Position numbers and translations under genes: made by a program. A stretch of 64,000 nucleotides of DNA from an uncultured Gemmatimonadales bacterium (GTDB lineage: Bacteria > Gemmatimonadota > Gemmatimonadetes > Gemmatimonadales > GWC2-71-9): assembly GCA_963728915.1 (NCBI GenBank), contig CAVSLV010000001.1:704001-768000 (forward strand), in the 5' to 3' direction. Positions 58,909 through 64,000 of the stretch are shown piece after piece. The notes below the pieces were generated by a model. That model saw nothing but the letters and a program-made list of their open reading frames with translations, was not told where the DNA came from and did no database searches. Position 1 is the stretch's first letter; each line of letters begins with the position of its first letter.

Positions 58909-58937
58909 ACGCGCAGGCCAGGCCCGCCGTGGCTCAG
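58909..58937 (-). promoter_or_regulatory. Putative ECF43 promoter CTGAGCCA-N16-CGCGT upstream of the FHA-protease operon
   Basis: Matches 61492-61520 and 62140-62168 in boxes and spacing. Confidence 0.65.
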
Positions 58938-61477
58938 GGATTGGATTGGGCCAGAAGCGCCTCCCAGTGGGCCTGTTCCGCCCGCTTGCCCCAGTGACGA
59001 TAGAGGTCAACCAGCCGGCGCCTGGTATCCCGAACCGCCGGACTCTTGACCCCTCGCTGGGTGACCAGAACGCCTTCGGCGTCGAGCAGCAACCGCTCTC
59101 CCTCCTTCCACCGGCGGATCAGACCCAGGTGCTCGCCCAACATCCCTTCGCTGGAGGCGACCAGCCAGTGTCCAGTGGGTAGGGTCTTCCGGCGGACCTC
59201 CAGACTCTCCTGAAGCCACCGCCCACCTTCGTCCAGGGAGTCGGTGTGATCCAGGCCCAGTCCAAGAGCCTGCATGGCGGCTGCCACCGCCGGGTGGGAA
59301 TCCGCCAGCGGCGCATGTCGATGGGCGAGGACTTCGCGGGCGGCGCGTTTCGCGGCCTCCCATCGATGTGTCGCCGCGGCGAATTGGGCGTAGTTGAAGA
59401 CACTCCAGAGATACTCGGGGTGGTCCGGCCCGAGCAGTTTCCGGCGCAGGGCCAGAGCCTCCTGGTAGACCGAATCGGCCCGGTCGTTGTCGCCCTCCAG
59501 GTCGAGGCTCGCCGCATAGTTGCCCAGCGCCATCGCGACTGCCGGATGCTCGGGACCATGGGCCGTCCGGCTCGCGGCGACGGCAAGAAGAAGCAGGGAA
59601 TCGGCTTCCCGGTAGCGCCCGCTTTGACCCAGCACAATCGCGAGGTTGTTGTAGGAGCTGGTCAGGCCGTCCCAGTCTCGCGGCCGGGTCTGCTCCCGGA
59701 ACGCCAGCGCCTGCCGTTGCCACTCCTCCGCGCCTTTCAGATCCCCAAGCTTCTGACGGACCTGGGCCAGATTGTCCAGGAGCGTGCCGCGTTCCGGGTC
59801 GTCGGAAGCAGCGGTTCGTCGAAACAGGGCCCAGGCGGCCTTGTGAAGCGAGTCCGCCTCTGTCAGCCTCCCTTCGTTTTCTATCGCACTGCCAAGATTG
59901 GTAAGCGCGAGGGCCAGGGCGCGATCCCCCCGCGGCGCAATCGCGCGCCGAATCTCCACGGTCCGGCGCCACTGTTCCTCGGCCCGTTGCCGGTCTCCCA
60001 GCCCGAAGTACGTCTTGGCGATGATGTCCCGCACCTCGGCTTCGAGCTCCGGTCGGGCCACCAGGGTCTGCGCCCGCACGATGGCGCTATCCAGCACCTC
60101 GCGCATGGTTACGTCCCTGCCGAACGATCCTGGATCGGCAGCGCCCAGCATCTCCACCATGAAAGTGTTGAGCTCTTCGGCGCGGGATCGCTCCTGGCGG
60201 GCCTCCTCTGCTTTGCGGGAGGTCGACCACACCCCGACCGTCAGGGAGGCCAGCAGCAGGCCGATCGCGGCCAGCTCCATTCGGTGCCGGCGAACGAATT
60301 TGCCGGCGCGATACGACCACCGGTCCCGTCGGGCGGTGACCGGTAATCCTTCGAGGAAATGGCGGAGGTCATTGGCGAGCTGCTCCGCGGATCCGTAGCG
60401 CCGCTCCGGCTCTTTCCGAAGGGCGGACAGGATGATCGCATCGAGGTCCCCGCTCAGCTCGGCGCGGATCCGGGGCAGCGAGCGCTCCCCGGTCCGGGAA
60501 GAGAACGAGGGCCCCACCGTGGCGCTGGGACTGGGCGCGGGATCCTGGCAAACCAGTCGCTCGATCTCGACGTAGAGCTTGCCCTCGGTGGCGAATGGGC
60601 GCTTCCCCGTCAGGAGCTCGAAGAGCACGACGCCGAGCCCGTACACATCGGAGGTCGTCCCGATCGGCTGCCCCCGAAGCTGCTCGGGGGAGGCATAGTC
60701 GGGGGTGAGCGCCCGCATGCCGCCCTGAGTGAGCGGCAGTTGCTCCAGTCCTTCTTCTTCGCGCAGGAGCTTGGCAATCCCGAAATCGAGGAGCTTGACC
60801 GTTCCATCCCCGGTGACGAGGATGTTGCCCGGCTTGAGGTCCCGGTGGATGACCAGGTTTTGATGGGCGTGTTGCACCGCGCCGCAGACCTGGAGAAATA
60901 CCTTGACCCGCTCCCGGATCGAGGCTTGCCGGGCGTCGCACCATGCGGTAATCGGCTGGCCGTCGACGTACTCCATCACGAAGTACGGCTGTCCATCCGG
61001 AGTGACGCCGCCGTCGAGCAGGGCCGCGATATTGCGATGGTTCAGGTTCGCGAGGATCTGGCGCTCGTAGCGGAACCGGCGAACCGCGAGGTCTCCCTCG
61101 ATGCCCCGCCGGAGCAGCTTGATCGCCACCCGTTTGCGGTACTGGTCGTCGGCGCGAACCCCTTCATACACCTCACCCATTCCGCCCGCGCCGATCCGTC
61201 GCACCAGCTCGTAGTTGCCGAGTCGCATCCCGACCTTGTCACCCCGGTCGCGGAGGACGGCGCTGACTTCGCTCGCCGGCAGGCGGGGGAACGTGTCGCC
61301 CGCGCGCTCCAGCGCACCGAGCAACGATTCGACCTCGGGAAGAAGCGAGGGGTCGTGACGGGTGGCTTCGAGGAGGAACTGGCGGCGATCCGCTGCCCCG
61401 GAACGCTCCAGCGCCTGCTCGAACAGCCCGCGGATCTCCTGCAGTCGCGTCGGCGTCAGGGAAGGCGAATCGCTCAT
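58934..61477 (-). CDS. ECF-associated Ser/Thr kinase with TM and TPR repeats
   Basis: GAGGMGEV, RFRYERQILANLNH, HRDLKPGN, DFG, LTPDYASPE, GDLDAI; TPRs with GP.HP linkers. Confidence 0.92.
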   Translation of the reverse strand: MSDSPSLTPTRLQEIRGLFEQALERSGAADRRQFLLEATRHDPSLLPEVESLLGALERAGDTFPRLPASEVSAVLRDRGDKVGMRLGNYELVRRIGAGGMGEVYEGVRADDQYRKRVAIKLLRRGIEGDLAVRRFRYERQILANLNHRNIAALLDGGVTPDGQPYFVMEYVDGQPITAWCDARQASIRERVKVFLQVCGAVQHAHQNLVIHRDLKPGNILVTGDGTVKLLDFGIAKLLREEEGLEQLPLTQGGMRALTPDYASPEQLRGQPIGTTSDVYGLGVVLFELLTGKRPFATEGKLYVEIERLVCQDPAPSPSATVGPSFSSRTGERSLPRIRAELSGDLDAIILSALRKEPERRYGSAEQLANDLRHFLEGLPVTARRDRWSYRAGKFVRRHRMELAAIGLLLASLTVGVWSTSRKAEEARQERSRAEELNTFMVEMLGAADPGSFGRDVTMREVLDSAIVRAQTLVARPELEAEVRDIIAKTYFGLGDRQRAEEQWRRTVEIRRAIAPRGDRALALALTNLGSAIENEGRLTEADSLHKAAWALFRRTAASDDPERGTLLDNLAQVRQKLGDLKGAEEWQRQALAFREQTRPRDWDGLTSSYNNLAIVLGQSGRYREADSLLLLAVAASRTAHGPEHPAVAMALGNYAASLDLEGDNDRADSVYQEALALRRKLLGPDHPEYLWSVFNYAQFAAATHRWEAAKRAAREVLAHRHAPLADSHPAVAAAMQALGLGLDHTDSLDEGGRWLQESLEVRRKTLPTGHWLVASSEGMLGEHLGLIRRWKEGERLLLDAEGVLVTQRGVKSPAVRDTRRRLVDLYRHWGKRAEQAHWEALLAQSNP

Positions 61478-61491
61478 CTGATCATATGGAT

Positions 61492-61520
61492 ACGCGAAGA
61501 ACCCGCGCGCCACGGCTCAC
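61492..61520 (-). promoter_or_regulatory. Putative ECF43 promoter GTGAGCCG-N16-CGCGT upstream of the kinase
   Basis: Identical 8-nt and 5-nt boxes to 62140-62168, plus shared TTCT. Confidence 0.65.
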
Positions 61521-62098
61521 GGACTCCCGCCGGCCCCCCGCTCCAGCTCGCGCTGGAGAAAAGCCCGGGCGAACTGCCAATCCCGCTTCACGGTCGCGGC
61601 GGAAACCCCGAGCACGTCGGCCATCTCATCGATCTCCAGGCCCCCGAAGAAGCGCAGTTCGACGACCTTGGCCTGACGGGGATCGAGCCCGTTCAGCTTC
61701 TCGAGGGCCTGGTCCAGGGCGATCAGGTCGATCGAGAACTCCGGCGTCTCGGCGACCGATTCGTCCAGGGTGACCCGGATCCCGTGATCCCGCTTGGCCG
61801 CCGACCGGCGGCGCGCATGGTCCAGCAGAATTCGGCGAATCGCCTGAGAGGCGATGCCATAGAAGTGTGCCCGGTTCTTCCACGCCACGTCCCGCTGGCC
61901 CAGGAGCCGCATGAATGCCTCGTCCACCAGCTCCGTCGGCTGGAGGGTGTGACCGCTGGACTCCCGGCGCAGGGCGTGAACCGCGAGGACGTGCAGCTCT
62001 CCATACACCACCTGGGCGAGTCGCTCGCCGGCCTCGGTATCACCTTCCCGAAGCGCGGCCAGGAGGCGAGTGACTTCATGGCTGTCAGGGGAGGTCAT
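61517..62098 (-). CDS. ECF sigma factor, ECF43-like (kinase-associated)
   Basis: Start 62098; VTRLL, HTLQPTELVDEAFMRL, IRRILLDHAR, VELRFFGG, TVKRDW. Confidence 0.92.
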   Translation of the reverse strand: MTSPDSHEVTRLLAALREGDTEAGERLAQVVYGELHVLAVHALRRESSGHTLQPTELVDEAFMRLLGQRDVAWKNRAHFYGIASQAIRRILLDHARRRSAAKRDHGIRVTLDESVAETPEFSIDLIALDQALEKLNGLDPRQAKVVELRFFGGLEIDEMADVLGVSAATVKRDWQFARAFLQRELERGAGGSP

Positions 62099-62139
62099 CG
62101 ATCCAGAACCTACCCTCCGGCGGGAAAATCGTCGAGGAA

Positions 62140-62168
62140 GTGAGCCGCGCGCCCGGCCTTCTGCGCGT
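62140..62168 (+). promoter_or_regulatory. Putative ECF43 promoter GTGAGCCG-N16-CGCGT upstream of the OM beta-barrel gene
   Basis: Divergent from the ECF gene; matches the two minus-strand copies. Confidence 0.65.
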
Positions 62169-62198
62169 GTTGGAGGAACCTTCCCCCCTGGAGACACT

Positions 62199-62813
62199 AT
62201 GAAAGCGCGTCGTTTTCCCCTGCGGGCAATGGCCTCGCTCCTGATCGGATCGTGCCTGCCCGGGCTCCTGGCGGCACAATCCGCCCAGCGCTGGTCCCTG
62301 CAAATCTCCGGGATCGGGGTGGGCGGCAGCGGCGACGCCTTTGCGGGAGTCTCCACCGGCTGGGGAGGGGAGGCCCAGGTTCGATATACCCCGAGCTCCT
62401 TTTCCCTGGGGATCGGGTTCCAGTTTTCCCGGCACGATTTCGATGACCCCGAACTGGCCTCCACCGTTCCGGTCAAGTACTACGGCGCCTTTGCCGAACC
62501 CCGGTACGTGATCGACCTGCACAGCTCGAGCCTCGCCCCCTATCTCTCGGCTCGGCTGGCCTGGCTTACCCAGAGCGCCGACTTCCAGGAGTTCGCCGCC
62601 TCCGCAAAGGGCAGCGGGTTCCAGGTGAACGGCGGCGGCGGCGTGCTGGTGCGGTTGTCTTCCCGCATGAACCTGGATCTGGGCGCCACCTTCGGCAGCA
62701 TTCACTTCGGCGACTATATCGTCAAGCAGAACGGCGAGGAGCTCGGCCGGGTCGCCGGCGGAAATGGGACCAACTTCGTCGGGAGAGTGGGGATCGCGAT
62801 CGGCCTCAAGTAA
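62199..62813 (+). CDS. Outer membrane beta-barrel protein (OmpA/OmpW-like 8-strand)
   Basis: GGAG RBS; signal peptide; alternating strands, APYLSARLAW, GGGGVLV, terminal strand VGRVGIAIGL. Confidence 0.8.
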   Translation: MKARRFPLRAMASLLIGSCLPGLLAAQSAQRWSLQISGIGVGGSGDAFAGVSTGWGGEAQVRYTPSSFSLGIGFQFSRHDFDDPELASTVPVKYYGAFAEPRYVIDLHSSSLAPYLSARLAWLTQSADFQEFAASAKGSGFQVNGGGGVLVRLSSRMNLDLGATFGSIHFGDYIVKQNGEELGRVAGGNGTNFVGRVGIAIGLK

Positions 62814-62858
62814 CTGAGCCCGGGAATTCCAGGGGGCCGGCGCGATTATCTTGGTTTC

Positions 62859-63263
62859 ATGCGCCGGCCCTCTTCATTACTGTTTGTCACCGGGATGCTG
62901 GGGCTCTCGATTCCGCTGGCCGCCCAGGGGCTGACCGGTGGCGCGCTGTCCGGGCTCTGGCAGCTGGAAAAAGGCAAAGTGAAGGCGGATGGACCCAAGA
63001 CGGTCATGATCCGAACCGACTCCAGCGCTTCTTGGGGAAAAGAAACCGTCCGATGGCGCCTCAAACCTGACAAGAGCGAGATCCTCATCGCCCTGGGCGG
63101 TGAGTGGGAGACCTATACCGTCAAGCTCAAAGGTGGAACCCGTCTGGAGTTGTCCGGCGGGGATCTGACCGAGAAGATTACTCTGAAGAGGGTTGGACCG
63201 GCCACGCCACGGCCGGCCAACGTTCCACTGCCACCGGACCCCGATTCAATTCCGAACGACTGA
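62859..63263 (+). CDS. Hypothetical secreted protein
   Basis: Signal peptide ending LAA-Q; LSGLW; lipocalin-like strand pattern. Confidence 0.65.
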   Translation: MRRPSSLLFVTGMLGLSIPLAAQGLTGGALSGLWQLEKGKVKADGPKTVMIRTDSSASWGKETVRWRLKPDKSEILIALGGEWETYTVKLKGGTRLELSGGDLTEKITLKRVGPATPRPANVPLPPDPDSIPND

Positions 63264-63301
63264 TCCCGGGTGGCGTTCACCCCTTATTCGAGGATGGGAC
63301 C

Positions 63302-63505
63302 GTGGCCACCAAGCTCGAGAAGCCGTTGAAGCGTGAGCTCAATCTGGAAGGCGAACCCTACATCGTCGTCATCAGTCCGGAAGGACTCAAGGTGACCCAG
63401 AAGGGTCGCCGGAAAGGTCTGGAGCTGAGCTGGAAGGATCTGCTCGGCGGCGACGCCGCCCTGGCCAGTGCGCTGCGCGCCTCAACCCAGGGGTCTGAAC
63501 AGTAG
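63302..63505 (+). CDS. Small conserved hypothetical protein
   Basis: GAGG before GTG; TKLEKPLKREL...ISPEGLK...KGRRKGLELSW..GDAALA. Confidence 0.65.
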   Translation: MATKLEKPLKRELNLEGEPYIVVISPEGLKVTQKGRRKGLELSWKDLLGGDAALASALRASTQGSEQ

Positions 63506-64000
63506 TTCCGGTCGGTCGTTTCGACCGTCATTCCAGTCGAATTCCCCTTGAAGCTGTCCCGCCGCCCCGTTGCCGACGCTGATCGTCGGTAACGGGCGGT
63601 CCTGTTCTGCCACGAAGACTTCGCCCCGGAACCCCCGGGACCGGAGGATCGGCTCGACCGTCTGGCGCGCGACCTCCGGGGCGTTGCATTGCTGGCTCAG
63701 GTGGACCAGGACCACAGCTTGAAGGGACGGCTGGCAAAGATCGCCCAGGAACTGGGCGGTGGCGCGATTGGAGAGATGCCCCCCACTCCCGGCAATCCGG
63801 TGCTGCACCGAGACGGGATAGCCGCTGGTTCGAAGCAGGACTTCGTCGTAATTCGATTCAACCACCACCGCGTGCAAGGTCCGGAAGAGAAACCGAAGAC
63901 CCTGGGTCGGCCTTCCAAAATCGAAGGCCACCCCGACGGTCGTGCCGTCGGTGCTGGTGATGGTCAGGGCAAGAGGCTCGAGCGCATCGTGGAGGATCGC
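63482..64000 (-). CDS. MBL-fold metallo-hydrolase (YycJ/WalJ-like), 3' part only
   Basis: HDA.EP at window edge, DFG, ESNYD...GYP...RI...GHLSN, VHLSQQCN. Confidence 0.85.
   Translation of the reverse strand, partial: AILHDALEPLALTITSTDGTTVGVAFDFGRPTQGLRFLFRTLHAVVVESNYDEVLLRTSGYPVSVQHRIAGSGGHLSNRATAQFLGDLCQPSLQAVVLVHLSQQCNAPEVARQTVEPILRSRGFRGEVFVAEQDRPLPTISVGNGAAGQLQGEFDWNDGRNDRPELLFRPLG

Noticed and set aside
62814..62845. Fourth TGAGCC after the beta-barrel gene
   Set aside because: No CGCGT at the 17-nt spacing (reads CGGCG); not counted as a motif copy.

Overview
High-GC (roughly two-thirds by eye) bacterial chromosomal segment with about 55 protein-coding genes. I found no rRNA, tRNA, CRISPR array or mobile element. 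Gene content (ECF sigma/Ser-Thr kinase pairs, many Cys-anchored lipoproteins, alternative complex III) suggests Gemmatimonadota; this is inference. From left to right the window holds the start of an alternative complex III operon (cyt c-actA-actB-actC), a DUF1800/DUF1501 pair, a cluster of secreted peptidases/hydrolases, a TonB-dependent receptor with a two-component system, several surface lipoproteins, six Hanks-type kinases and two ECF43-like sigma factors. The most interesting region is 53218-62813, a candidate phospho-signalling system: an ECF43-like sigma and its kinase, an FHA-TM-trypsin protease, a kinase-TM-PEGA-PP2C fusion, a third kinase and a divergent OM beta-barrel. Three exactly spaced copies of a promoter-like motif (TGAGCC-N17-CGCGT) precede the ECF-partner kinase, the protease operon and the beta-barrel gene, and repeated [AE]TRL motifs could be pThr docking sites. 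A related motif (ATGAC-N19-CGCAW) precedes three surface lipoprotein genes, and a TTAAC-N16-CGTC pair sits back-to-back in front of the DUF1800 operon. Three genes carry single-base frameshifts in homopolymer runs (possible sequencing errors), and a collapsed type IV pilin remnant lies at 13553-13620. All family calls come from motif recognition by eye; no searches were run.
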